A stretch of 64,000 nucleotides of DNA from Squalus acanthias (Eukaryota), in the NCBI GenBank assembly GCA_030390025.1, contig CM059447.1:23126001-23190000 (forward strand), written 5' to 3'. The position numbers were made by a program, and so were the translations under genes. The notes under the pieces were generated by a model that was not told the DNA's origin, made no database searches, and saw only the letters and a program-made list of their open reading frames with translations. Every line of letters starts with the position of its first letter. The first letter of the stretch is position 1. Below are positions 26,930 through 39,149 of the stretch, one piece after another.

Positions 26930-27160
26930 TGGAATACTATAGACCTGTGTAGATAAAGAGATATCTAGAGGTGCAGATACATGGATCTTTGAAAAGGAGA
27001 TTATAGCTAGATAAAGTCATGAAAAGGCAAATGGGACTCTAGGGCACTGAATTTGAAAGCAAGGAAGTGATGTTGAATTTGTACAAGACATTATTTAGAC
27101 CAAAGTTGGAATATTGCAAGGATACAGTAAATATTCACTAGAATGGTACCAGGAATTAAG
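26930..27160 (+). mobile_element. Degenerate CR1 fragment
   Basis: gaatttgaaagcaaggaagtgatgttgaatttgtacaagac...ttggaatattg. Confidence 0.6.
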
Positions 27161-28025
27161 TAAACAACTTTTCAAAAGATGAAAGCAGAAACTGCATGCT
27201 GTGATATTTATAACTCGTGGGTGAGCAAAATCAGATGTGTTAAATTACAGTTTTACTATTTCAATTTGTCTCATTTTTATTTTTTAGGTTCTTTCTCAAT
27301 TCTGTTTTCCACTTTTTCCTTGTGCATCTTTTCTTAAAAAATGTTTATTGGTTTTTCTTATTTTAGCAGTGCTCAATCTTTTTAAAGGCAAGTACAATCA
27401 GGCAGGAAGCTGATCAAACAGAATATTATAAAGGTACTAGAGAAACTGAAAGACAGTGATTTCAGCTGCAGCTTTATGAGAAAGAACTTTATTATATACA
27501 CAAGCTAAAAAAAATGGCAAGTTAAATTGAAATAAAGCAAAGACTAGGGGAAAAAATAGGCAGAGATACAGTTTGAAGAGGAAGGACAGAGGAACTTCAA
27601 GCTCTGGGGAAAACAAATCATAGCAAACGAAAAGCACCTGGAAGTGAGGGACCTTTTGTTATTTTATTATTCCATCAGCATCGGTTTTCTCCTCCTTCTC
27701 ACTCACCTTACAGATTTTGAGAGATCAGTTAAGTCAAATAGCTTTTATCTGGTCATCAATTAATTTTAGTCATGAAAGTAGTTTCACTACTTCAGGCATT
27801 TTATCATTGAGAACCAAGTAGATACTTGATGGAGATAGACAGGAAATGTTATGCCTTCTGAAATGTCTGCATTTGTCAGAATTGTGATAGTCTTAAGACT
27901 TTTGTGGTGATCACTGTTTTGCTAATTACATTCTAAATGGACAGTCATTAGAATTGTAGAGAAAGATTCATGTACTGAAGGTCATTGAAATAGTGATTTG
28001 TTTTAATACATGGACATTGTTACAC

Positions 28026-28455
28026 GGGCAACACGGTGGCATAGTGGTTAGCACTGGTGCCTCACAGCACCAGGGACCTGGGTTCGAATCTGACCTCGGG
28101 TGACTGTCTGTGTGGAGTTTGCACATTCTCCCCGTGTCTGCGTGGGTTTCCTCCGGGTGCTCCGGTTTCCTCCCACAGTCCAAAAATGTGCGGGTTAGGT
28201 TGATTTGGCTATGATAAATTGACCCTTAGTGTTAGGGGGGGATTAAATATGTGGGGTTATGGGGATAGAATGGGATATGTTAGGGGGAATTAAATACGTG
28301 GGGTTACGGGGGTAGGGTGGGATATGTGTACTGTGGGGATTAAAGCAGGGACAGGGTACTGGATTTGGATGATCAGCCATGATCGTATTGAATGGTGGAA
28401 CAGGCTCGACGGGCCGAATGGCCTACTCCTGCTCCTAGATTCTATGTTTCTATGT
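28026..28455 (+). mobile_element. HE1-type V-SINE, full length
   Basis: A/B boxes (tggcatagtgg, ggttcgaatc), V-domain gtgggtttcctccgggtgctccggtttcctccc, and a CR1-derived tail shared with 13885-13995. Confidence 0.92.
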
Positions 28456-29435
28456 TAGACTCAGCTGTTAAGACAACAGAGTGGGAGGAATAGCCATACA
28501 AGTTCCAATAACATGTTGGGGGATGTGGCAGAACAAAATAAATCTAATGATGGCATGCTTCAAGGGGGCAGAGTTAGTGCAGGAATGAAGGGAATAGCTG
28601 TATCAGATAGGTTTAAGTTGCTGGAAATGTCCAAAGAACAGAGTTGGGAGAGCACTTGTCCCACTACTGAATTTATATCCTGTTATGTTTTAAGGGCCAA
28701 GTTAAGCACAATAATTACAGACAAGAATCTGAACAGGATCATGCGTTAAAAAGCAGCTGACTGAATGGTGCTGGTTGTAAGTTATTGCATTTTTGAACAA
28801 CTGGGCACTGTTTTTAGAGAAATGCAGTGGTACAGGAGAGATTCCCTGCTTTTCAACCACATGAGCAGATGGCTGTTGCCACAAATAATTATTTGGTCAG
28901 TTTTTTTAATAAACAAATGGCTGGGAGGGGAGGATACAAGGTGAAGATGCCAAAGGAATATGATTATAGGCAAACTTTGAAGAAGGAAAGGCAAGAGAAC
29001 AAAAAAGATTAAAATTACATAAATGATTAGCAATATTGCAGATCTGGAAGCATTTGGTTGAGGAAAGCAGTCAAGTAACAGAAATCTAGTTAAATCATGG
29101 CACTGATTGGAAGACTAAAATGACAGTAGCTACAACAAAACAGGATTGGTGGCAATATGGACAACCTTAGTATTCCTTCCAAACATTTTGGAAATAGACC
29201 TTCAATATTTTATAAGCATTAGAGATTATGTCAACCCGGTATGCCTATAAAATTCTACCATGTCAATGCAAAGGCATTACAATGCCCTCATAAATATTTA
29301 ATAATCAGTGCAAAATGACATTTTGACCCACTGGATAGGTTAATTAGTAACTCAAGGCACTGTACCTTAATTCAAACATCGCACTCCACTCCTGAATAAT
29401 AAAATTCAGCCAAAGAGGTTTTTAAAGAGCATGCA

Positions 29436-30470
29436 GGGAACCGAGGTGGCACAGTGGATTAGATATTGACCCTTCAAATCTGGCCCTGGGTTCAATTCCA
29501 GCCCCGACTGATAGGCTGAAAGTCTCCTCTGCTGGCTGCAGAGGTCCTATGCGGAATGAGTTTTGCCAGTATCAATCAAGTTCCCGCTGAGCATGGGCCT
29601 ACAGCACAAAACTGCACAATTCGGCACTAATTGGCACTCTCATAGAGACGGCTGTTGTGTGAAATTGAAAACAAGTCATGGGGTTGTTCCTCTGAGGTTG
29701 GGCTAATACATGTTGCTAGGGCAGAGTATGAAGGAGCTTTACCTGGCTGCGATATATCTGGCCTGGAAATGCTTGCTGCTGACACGAGAGCCTTCATTTT
29801 ACCTCAGGGTGCAAGTGTGGCATGTGGGGTCAGGGCGAGTCGAACTATTGCCCTAACCCGGCACAAATCACTAGGTGGCCGGCGGTCGAGAGCGGGATTG
29901 AGAGCGGCAACAGGCCACAGCCAGGGACTCAAGTGAACATTCCCCAGCACTAAGAGAAATGGTCAGGGAAGAGGGATGGAGGAGGGGCGAGCCAGGGTTG
30001 GGAAAGCCCACAGTTTCCTTGTGGGGCCAGAATAAGCATTCCTGCTCCTCCTGGCCCACAAGGAAGCTCAAAAATTAAAAGTACTTGTATTCCAAGGCCT
30101 CTTCTGGCCCCACTCCTATTTGCTACCAGGTTTCACTGGCATGTTCAGCACTGCGTGTGACTTGCACAATCTGCATTAAAATCACATCAGGGTCCTAATT
30201 ATATCAGAAGACCCTGACTTTAGCATATTTATGAGGCCCTCACCTGCCTGCGATGGATGCTCTGACACTTCTAAATGCCCAGAAGTTAAAATGATGGCGG
30301 GCAGGAGCACATCATGAATGCAGCAGTAAATACTCCACTGCTATTTTAACCCTGCTTCCACCTCTTTCCTATCGGCGGGCAAGGATACAACTGGGGCTTA
30401 GGTACCGGAAATGGGAATAGTTCTTTCTAGAGCATTAACATCCTTTCCCTTGATGACCAGGGAAAAAAAA
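29436..30470 (+). mobile_element. LF-SINE-like element split by a GC-rich insertion (about 29785-30398)
   Basis: gggaaccgaggtggcacagtggattag...cctatgcggaatgagtt...cacaattcggcactaattggcac. Tail similar to 14620-14680 resumes at about 30400. Confidence 0.65.
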
Positions 30471-30941
30471 ATTAAAGTCAATAGAGCAGCTGTACTATTT
30501 AGAATACAAAATATCACAGTAAGGAATAATCCACAGTAGTGAAAGCTATTGTCTATCAATTTTCTCAAGTCAAATTAGAGTGAAGAATAAAAACAGAAAC
30601 TATATTGTCATTTTGCTAAATTTGTAGATCCAGTAAAACTATGTTATAACTCCCAGCAATACAGAAATAAGAATGAAATGCATATTTAACAAACTACAAT
30701 GTGATCATAAAAACTTTTTATAATGCAAGGAAAAATTACACATATTGGCTGAAAATGGGACAGGATTATACGCATCAAAACAGTGGACTGCTATATGTAG
30801 TGCATATTGCACAAGTCAAAGATTTCCCCAATGGAACAATTTTCATGGTTAATTCAGTTAATTATAGATATATCTTTAATCTGAAGGCTGCATATAATAC
30901 ACATGTAGAGTATTAGGATGTCTGTGAAATTCAGAGTCTAT

Positions 30942-31813
30942 GGGCTAGATTTTGCCGGCGCTCAGAGGGCGGGTCTGGAGGCGGGTCAAAGGGTAAAATC
31001 GTTTTGATTGACGGCGGGTTCCGATCCTGCCATCAACCCGCCTCCAAACAATTTCCCCACGTGTCGGGTCCCCGGTTTGCATATGGACCCGACACCTAGC
31101 GGCAGGAAGAGGATTAAAGCCAATTACCTGCCTATTAACAGGTAGTCGATAGTAGTTGACAGGCTATTTTTAAATTTTGCCGCTTCTGCCTCGGATTTCC
31201 CGACATCCGGACACCACGCCAGGTAAGTGTGACGTGCCGAGAGTCTGCCGTAATGTTTCTGGATTGATGACAGCTGCAGAAGTGGTGTGAAGGATCCAAT
31301 GGTGCACTGGTGAGTCTCAGAGGTAAGAAAATGTTGGGAAATTCATTTTTAATACATTTACACATTTCTTTAGGTTACAAGTTTTGAAATCTATGTCCAG
31401 GGCCACCTCATTGGGAGAACCTCTCTCACCAGTGACAGATCGCTTGTCACCTCCCCTGCAGCTGCCATCTATTCCACCTATGGAGGGAGTCATTGGAGAG
31501 CCTGGGTGAAAGGGGTCTCCTTTGTGCAGTGATCGTCAGTGTTTGCAGCACCTCAATGCTGTGAAACACAGAAATCAGCTGTCAAAAAAAAAATTGTGCG
31601 TGGTCCCTTTAAGAAAACCGGCAGATGACACATCATCAAATGACTTCATCTGACCAGCTTCCTCTTAATTAGCCGGCAAGCCCGCAGGGCGGGCTTAACA
31701 AGGTCAATCAACGTAAAATCACGTCTGTGGGCCGGATGCAGTTGGGGGCAGGACTGGAAGCCGGAAACCACCTGACCCGCACCCAACCCGTCTCCATTGA
31801 AAAAATCGCGGCC
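30942..31813. mobile_element. PIF/Harbinger-type non-autonomous element with a 3-bp TSD (TAT)
   Basis: tat|GGGCTAGATTTT ... AAAATCGCGGCC|tat; CpG-rich ends. Confidence 0.75.
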
Positions 31814-33321
31814 TATATCTTCACCTCAACCATCAATGTTAACAGGAAAGTTGGGCCAGCTTCAACCAGAATTTTCTGGGGAGAAAGGAGAAAATGGCAG
31901 ATTCTTCTTGTTCTGTGAATAAAGTTCAACTTCCACATATAATTATCAAAAGGACAAAGATATGGCCAGACAGGTTGGGGGAAGCAGCGAGAAGATTGAC
32001 TCGCAATCACCTGGCTCATTGGCTGCATCCTCATTACTGAAATATCAGATAGGAAGAACTTGAATATTCCAGTCTCACTGTATTGCGCATGACGAACTAA
32101 TGAAAAATCAACAATAATCAAGTGTTGACTGCAGAACATTAAACAAACCTGGAAAAGGTAAATAAACAGGATTAAAAAAATACAAAATATATTTTAAAAT
32201 AAACACTTGGTTGCCTTACGAAAGAAAAACAATGAGTATTACAGTCTACTCATAATTATGAATCTATCATTTGGAAACCTGCATACTACAAGTAAACATA
32301 GCACTGAAAGCAGGTTTCCAAGAATCTACATCTTCAGGCTAATTTGGAGTAGCATAATGCCAAAACGATAATCCTCCGGAGCAGAAATGTGAAGGCAATA
32401 ATGCTTTAAGTATGGAAACTGCTCCAGGTAACTACTTTAATATAGCTTCACCAGACAATCTTGTGCATGATGTACTGGCTTTCTACTGGGACAAATGTTA
32501 ACTTTCCCTGGTGGCTCCTGCCCAGGAAGCAAAATAATGAGATGTATTGCATGACCCAGTTCACAAACATCTGCTTCCCTAAGGTCAGAGATGAAAATAA
32601 CCGTGAGAACCAGCAAACGTTTTTCATCCTGTACCTGTCGTAGGCTAAAGCCCCACAAATATCAACCATATTATAATTGAGGGAAACTATGGAAGTCTGA
32701 GGTAAACAAAACCTTGGTACTGTTGCTTCCTAATGGAAGCCAGAAACTAACTTTGGATTAATGAGATGGTGAGGCATGCGAGGGCAATTATGGGCACCCA
32801 CATGATGTATCAGCATGTAAAACTAGTGGACAATATAATAACATAAATGGTTCAAATGGCTCAGATGAGAGTTTACTCAGATTCATACTGATGCAACCTA
32901 AAGGATGAAGGGTCACAACATTTATCCCCTCCATGAACACTTTCGATATTCTCCCATGATACACCCACTAACTGATGACGGCAGGCTTCAATAGCCGCAG
33001 CTAATTCTAAAGCCCTCAGCTGACAGCATCTGAAAGCAGTGCATCACGTGTCTAAAGATTGAAGTCGTGTTCTTGGCATTTCCATTTGACATTATGGGGG
33101 TAAAGTAACATGTCTGTGGCAGGGAGCCTTGCCTACCAGGAAACATTTCAGAAATTCAGACACGTGCTACCCAAGATTTTCCAACTATTAGAATGGTCAG
33201 AAAATTGTAGGCAGTGTGCATCCAAATTTCTAATACGTGCTATGGCAGACAGGCTTCCCACTGGGAGCAAGGACTCATAAAATCACCCATAATGTGTCTT
33301 CAAAAAGGATTGTTTCTCCAG

Positions 33322-33770
33322 AACAAATTCCATTTATGTAGCTCCTTTAATGTAGGAAAACGTCCCAAAGTGCTTCACAGAAACGTAATCAGATAAAAAT
33401 TGACACCGAGTCAAAGAAAGAGATATTAAGAAGGGAGACTAAAATCTTGGTCAAAAAGATAGTTTTTAAGAAGGATCTTAAAGGACAAGAGAGATGGTGA
33501 GGTTTAGCAAGGGAATTCCAGGGCTCAGGGCCTAGATGGCTGAAAACACGACAGCCAATGCTGAAACGAAAGGAGTGGGGGATGCACAAGAGGCTAGAGT
33601 TGCAGGAATGCAAAATTCCAGAAGGGTTGCAGGGCTGGATTAGGTTGCAGAGATAGGGAGTGGCATGGCCATTAAAGGATTTGAACACGTGGATGAGAAT
33701 TTTAAACTTTAGGTGCTTGTGGACTGGGAGCATGTCAGCGAGCACTGGGGTGAGCAGGACTTGGTTCAGG
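33322..33770 (-). mobile_element. L2 LINE 3' end
   Basis: ORF 33389-33745 (LPVHKHLKFKILIHVFKSFNGHATPYL...WNSL) plus L2 tail. Confidence 0.85.
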
Positions 33771-33949
33771 AAGGGAGAACGGGGTCATTACTGACTGCTA
33801 GAATCATAGCTGTTCTATTAATGGCGATCAGGGGTCATGTTGTCAAGAGAGCACCCAGTGCATCATGCACCAGATCTGATTTTCAGCTGGATCAATAATT
33901 TTTCCTATATGGGATTCAGAAAAGGTCCTCCTACAGTCAGGGCTAGCAG

Positions 33950-34400
33950 ATCCACCCACCGAGAAACCAGAACCAGTTTGTCTAATGGCACAAATTATAG
34001 AAAAATGACCAATCCCAGATAGTATGCATCCCAGAACACCGAAGGAGACTGGCATGGATAGAGCCAAAGCACTAACCATAATTTCCAATGGAAATGGGAA
34101 TTGTACCAAAGGACTGGGAGATGGTAAACGTAAACACCTGTTCAAAAAACATCAGGAAATTATAGGTCAGTCGCATCTCAGTTATTAGCAAACTTATGGA
34201 GCCTATAATACAGGATAAAATTAGTGAACACTTGGAAAGATATTCAGATAATTAAGGTCAGGCCAGGTTTGACTGTTTAATTTTTGAGCAAATTGCACTG
34301 TATAGATGAAGAGATTATGGTGGATATTGTACATATGGATTTGCAGAAGACATTTGATAATGTGCCTATCACATTTCAATATTTTTGACCATCTTTTCCA
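33950..34400 (+). mobile_element. Degenerate CR1 RT fragment
   Basis: ggaaattataggtcagtc (GNYR) and tacatatggatttgcagaagacatttgataatgtgcc (MDxQKxFDxVP). Confidence 0.7.
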
Positions 34401-34509
34401 CAAAAAGGGTTTGGAAAAGAGTTGCATTTAAATGTCAGGTTTTTAAAGCAAAGTATATTCACACAAGTTTCATAATAAGAAAGCTGGTTTTGGTATCTTG
34501 ACAAATATA

Positions 34510-35785
34510 TGTCGAGGAACCAGACGGATCCGTAATTCCCTCTAACTTCTTACTAAGGAAGCATCTGGAGTTTTACCTCCCAGCATAGGTTTAGGGATAA
34601 ATGATACCTGAGTCGTTCGCTGAATTGTCTTAAACTAGCCAAACTAACAAAAATTAATTTACTAATCCTCGATGAGGTTACCCTCAAGCAGCTGAGTGAG
34701 TGAATTAACTCTTTCTACCAAATCATTAAGGAAGAAGGCAGACACAATTCATGCACCAAACACTATTTATTGGTTGTAAAGTGCAACTTACAGTTAAAGT
34801 TGGGTACACAAACACTTAATAGACATGCATAAATGTAATCTGAGTTACCTTGTTGAGTAGCAAATCATTAATGAAGTTATTCAACAAAACGAGTAGCATT
34901 ACAGACATTTCAGCATGTCACCATAAGTCAGTGCTAACAGGTGCTGAGTATCAACTATAGCAATGACCAGAGTCTGAGGTTATAAATTGGTGAGATTACT
35001 CCTAAGACTAATTCCTTAAAACAGCTGACAAGTTAATAGCTTTGAATAGTCAGTCTATCAAATAGCTCAAGTCTACGTGCGTGATTAACAATGTTCAATG
35101 CTAGCACAACCTCATCCTCATGAGCATCGTGGTTGGGTTAATCTCCTTCTTTCCTTGGTTCGCAGCCGTTAGCTTTTGGAGTGCTGAGTTGATGAGCTCC
35201 TTCATGGCAGATCTATCTGTTTAACTTTGATTCTGACTGAACCTAACTTTCACAAAAGACTTCTCTCTCACCTTTCACTATCTCAGACTACTGACCATTA
35301 AGTGACACACTGCCTATAATGGACTGGTATAGCCATAATTTAGCTTCTAAATTCTGATGCTCTGTCCTTAAAAGGTACCTTGTACTGGTATGTATAGTTC
35401 TTGCACCTGCTAGGTAAATGTTCTCAGAAGAATAGAGGAAATACAAGTCATCTTCTGATTAACACAGAGACCCCAAGAAAGACAGCTACTTCTACCAAAG
35501 TCAGTGACCCATGTGTCAGAAGGGCTTGCTCCTTTTAGTCTCAATCATCCCCAACAAGTCAGTACGGAAGCACTGTTCTCCATACAGGTCAGCTCCACTT
35601 TTACAACCCTCCCCTTACCTTGTAGCTTTACTTTTAACAAAGAGACCTTTAAAAGCCTGCATTAACAATTTACTTCCCAGCACTCAGTTCAAAAGCTGAA
35701 CTCCATATTGTATGAGCATTATCAGGAAGGTTACAGGGTATTTTCAACATGAATCTTGACAATTTTATAGGGTACTGTTCCGACA
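34510..35785 (-). mobile_element. Possible solo LTR
   Basis: Termini TGTCGAGGAAC ... GTTCCGACA (TG...CA, short inverted ends) and a minus-strand AATAAA near 34770. No clean TSD. Confidence 0.3.
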
Positions 35786-36074
35786 GCACACAAAGCAAAA
35801 GGTGGTTAAAATACTAATGAACTAGGGATTGAAGCGGTTTCCCCAAAGACCAGAAACAATAAACAATTCATTAGCATGCCTGGGCAAATCAATAAACGTC
35901 TCATTCACATTGTGTTGGGAAGCCCCCAATCTCAGGCACTCAAGCAGGAGTTGTCTAGCATGGATCCTATCCTTTGGTTGTGATCACAGGGAGAGACATA
36001 CCGAGTCAAATTTTTGCTGGGGCAGGATTTTATTCAGACTCAGAAGCTTAGGATGTAGGAGGGTAGTTATAAGT

Positions 36075-36617
36075 TATTTTAAGTTGAGCAACACAACCCA
36101 CTGAAGGAAGAAGCATAATATGTTCACTATTGTATTGCTGTGCAATGACAATTTATACAGATTAAATTAAGTGCACCTGATCAGAATTGCTGCTCTGTAC
36201 GTTCACTTGCATGTCTGTGAAATAAAGCAACTTAATGATGTGCATCTGGTGTTGCCTTACCAAGTATTTTCTTGGTTTATCTTCAAAATTTTTGGACAGG
36301 CATACGTGTTGGCACTTGTGAAAGACACTATATCCAGTTCAGACCCTATGGTTACATCCCGCACTGACACTATTGTAGTTAAATATTGGGCCCTAAATAC
36401 AAGACATTTGGATGGTTTACAGGAGTGACAAGCATCGCCGTACCCATGAGAACAAAGACAAGACACAAATTTGTAATGATAAAGATTTGCTACGTGAATT
36501 AAAGCACATATTTTAAGTTGAGCAAGACAACCCACTGAAGGAAGAAGCATAATATGTTCACTATTTTGTATTGTTGCGCAAAGACAATTTATACAGATTA
36601 AATTAAGTGCGCCTGAT
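36075..36617 (+). repeat. Direct repeat of about 108 bp (36075-36181 and 36509-36617)
   Basis: tattttaagttgagcaa...attaaattaagtgc(a/g)cctgat occurs twice with few differences. Confidence 0.9.
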
Positions 36618-36659
36618 TTAATCAACGATCTGAGTTTGTGGGGGTTACTTTAGTGGCGA

Positions 36660-38180
36660 TATTATGATGTGTAGCAGATCAATGTAGCTGCATGGATAGA
36701 AAGGTGGCAAGAGGACAGATAGCAGAGTAGGGATAAATAGATGTTTTGCAGATTGTCAGGATGCGGATAGTAGTGTGCCTTAAGAATCTTTCCTGGGAAC
36801 TATCTTGCTTTCCATTAAATAATTTGAATGATGGTATAAAAAGAATGATACGTATGTGGATACCAAATTGAGACTACGCAAACTGTAAAGAAGAATGCAA
36901 AAGAACATACGTTAATGGAGTGGGCACATAGGTGACAGATGCAGTTCAATGCAGAAAAATGTGAAGCTGTGCATTTTGGGAAATAGAATAGTGAAAGTAA
37001 GTATACCACTAAATAATTATTATGACTAAGCACAGTGGAGCAGTACAGAGATCTGGAGATGCAAATACAGAGATCTTTAAACGGTGGAAATGCAAGTAGA
37101 TAAACCATAAAAAGACAAGTGGGATTTCAGGTTTCACATATAGGGGCACTAAATTTAAAAAAAAGGAAATTATTTTGAATTTCTACAAGATGGAGTATTG
37201 CATGTAAAAGAGACCCAGCCTGTTCATCCTTTCCTGACAGGTATAACCTTGCAGGAAATGATGAACAGGCTGGGTCTCTTTTCTCTTGCAAAGAGAAGGC
37301 TGAGGGGTGACCTAATAGAGGTCTTTAACATTATGAAAGGTTTTGTTAGAGTAGACACAGGGAGAGAGTGTTTCCACTTGTGAGGAAGAGCAAAACTGGA
37401 GGCCATCAATATAAGATAGTCACCAAGAAATCAAATAGGGAATTCAGAAGAAACCTCTTTACCCAAAGAGTGATGAGAATGTGGAACTCGCTACCACAGT
37501 GAGTGCTTGAGGCGAATAGTATAGATGCATTTAAGGGGAGGCTAGATAAGCATATGAGGGAGAAGGGAATAGAGGGTTATGCTGATAGTGTTAGATGAGT
37601 AAAGATAGGAGGCTCGAGTGGAGCATAACTGGTTGGGCCGAATGGCCTGTTTCTGTGCTGTATATTCTATGCAAGACTGAGTATTGCATGTAGCTCTCCG
37701 CATTCTATTATAGGAAGGATATTAGAGCCATGGAAAGAGCACAATGAAGATTCACTACAATGATATCAGAAATGGGGTATGTGGTGAGGTTGTTACAGTT
37801 ATAAAGAAAGGCTTAAAAAATCTCCCCCTACTGGATAAAGACCAAAAGGGGAGCTAAATAGAAATTTTCAAAATAGGTTTAAGGGGATAAATAGTAAAAG
37901 ATTGTTTCCACTGGTTAACAAATCAGTAACAAGGGGGCATAGAGTCAGGAGAAGAAAAACAAATGGGCAGGTTAGCAGAATTTTTTCACAAAGGCTTTTT
38001 GAGAGCATGGAATGGCTTTATCACAACTAGCTATTGGAGTAGAATACTATCATTTAAAAGGGAGTTGGATGAGTATCTGAAAGGAATAAAAGAGGATACA
38101 GGAAAGATTAAAGTAGACAACTCCAGTTGAAAAGCTGGACACCAACAATGGACTTCTTCTGTGCTGTAAATATTATGAAT
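36660..38180 (+). mobile_element. Old CR1 LINE 3' half hosting a younger CR1
   Basis: cagatgcagttcaatgcagaaaaatgtgaagctgtgcattttgg (QMQFNAEKCEAVHFG); continues after 37692 to a tail at about 38170. Confidence 0.8.
37207..37671 (+). mobile_element. Young CR1 3' fragment with a 5' inversion and a 21-bp TSD
   Basis: Flanks caagatggagtattgcatgta (37186-37206) and caagactgagtattgcatgta (37672-37692). 37206-37253 is the reverse complement of the CR1 sequence seen at about 62852-62899. Confidence 0.88.
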
Positions 38181-39149
38181 TCTGAGAGATTTATCATTGC
38201 CTCCTTCATCCAAGCCTGTAAATATGCCTTCAATGAGTGGAAAGGCATACAAAAATCTCCCTTGCCAGGAGAATGATGAGCTATTCAAGGGTCTGCAGTT
38301 TTTCGTTCAGTGAAGAGGATAGTTGCTTAAACAGAACACTGGGAGTCACTTGGTCTGGAAAGTGACCAAAAGTTCAACTGTGGATAGCCCCACTTAAGGA
38401 AAATTGGCAATTCCTGGTGGATGGTAGAGTATTGTATGCTTATATCGGGGTTCTGCTGTTAACCTATACTTTCTCCTGCAAACTTGCACCAGAAGTTGAG
38501 CCAACAGGTAGACTAATTTTTACCTGTAGTTGTGCCAGATTTGTAGCACATCCAGAGAACAAGATGATTCAAAAAGGGTTTTTTTTTGGCGGGGTGGGGG
38601 GAGAAATGAATGAGAGTGAAGTAATAAACAGGACGCTTCCCAAATCCTCTGATTCCCACCATCCCTGTTCATGCAGTGTACCATGGTGGTACTGTCAGTC
38701 CATATTTTGACCACACTCTAATGATTCTAGCTTTGTAAACAACACAAGAGTTAAAACAAACTGCATTTTTTTGAATTACTTTTGTACTGAACGTACTTCA
38801 TGCAGCAACTATTCCAGTTTTTAACTATTCAATTATCACTCTAAAGTAATAGTCGCTGTACCCATAATTATTAGATTTATACTTGAAACCCCCTAACACT
38901 CTGAAGTGATCCATAACAGAGGTTGTTTTAATTTGTAACAAGATAAATTCCAGAAGAGGAAAAGGTGGGTCATAGCATGAAAATTTAAACCTGTAATTAG
39001 CACAGAAACAGAGCAAACCCCTTTTAAGCTCAGTAAACAGTTGTCATAAAGCTCGTGATCTGATAGGTATTAGTGCTTATTCACTGAGCAGATAAAAGGT
39101 TTCATTTTCAGAATACAATTTTATATTCCAAAATAATATGCCAAGTATC

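Noticed and set aside
28026-28100. tRNA gene
   Set aside because: A/B boxes run straight into a V-SINE body; it is a SINE head.
32437-32669. Overlapping 60-73 aa ORFs in several frames
   Set aside because: No recognisable domain or flanking splice sites.
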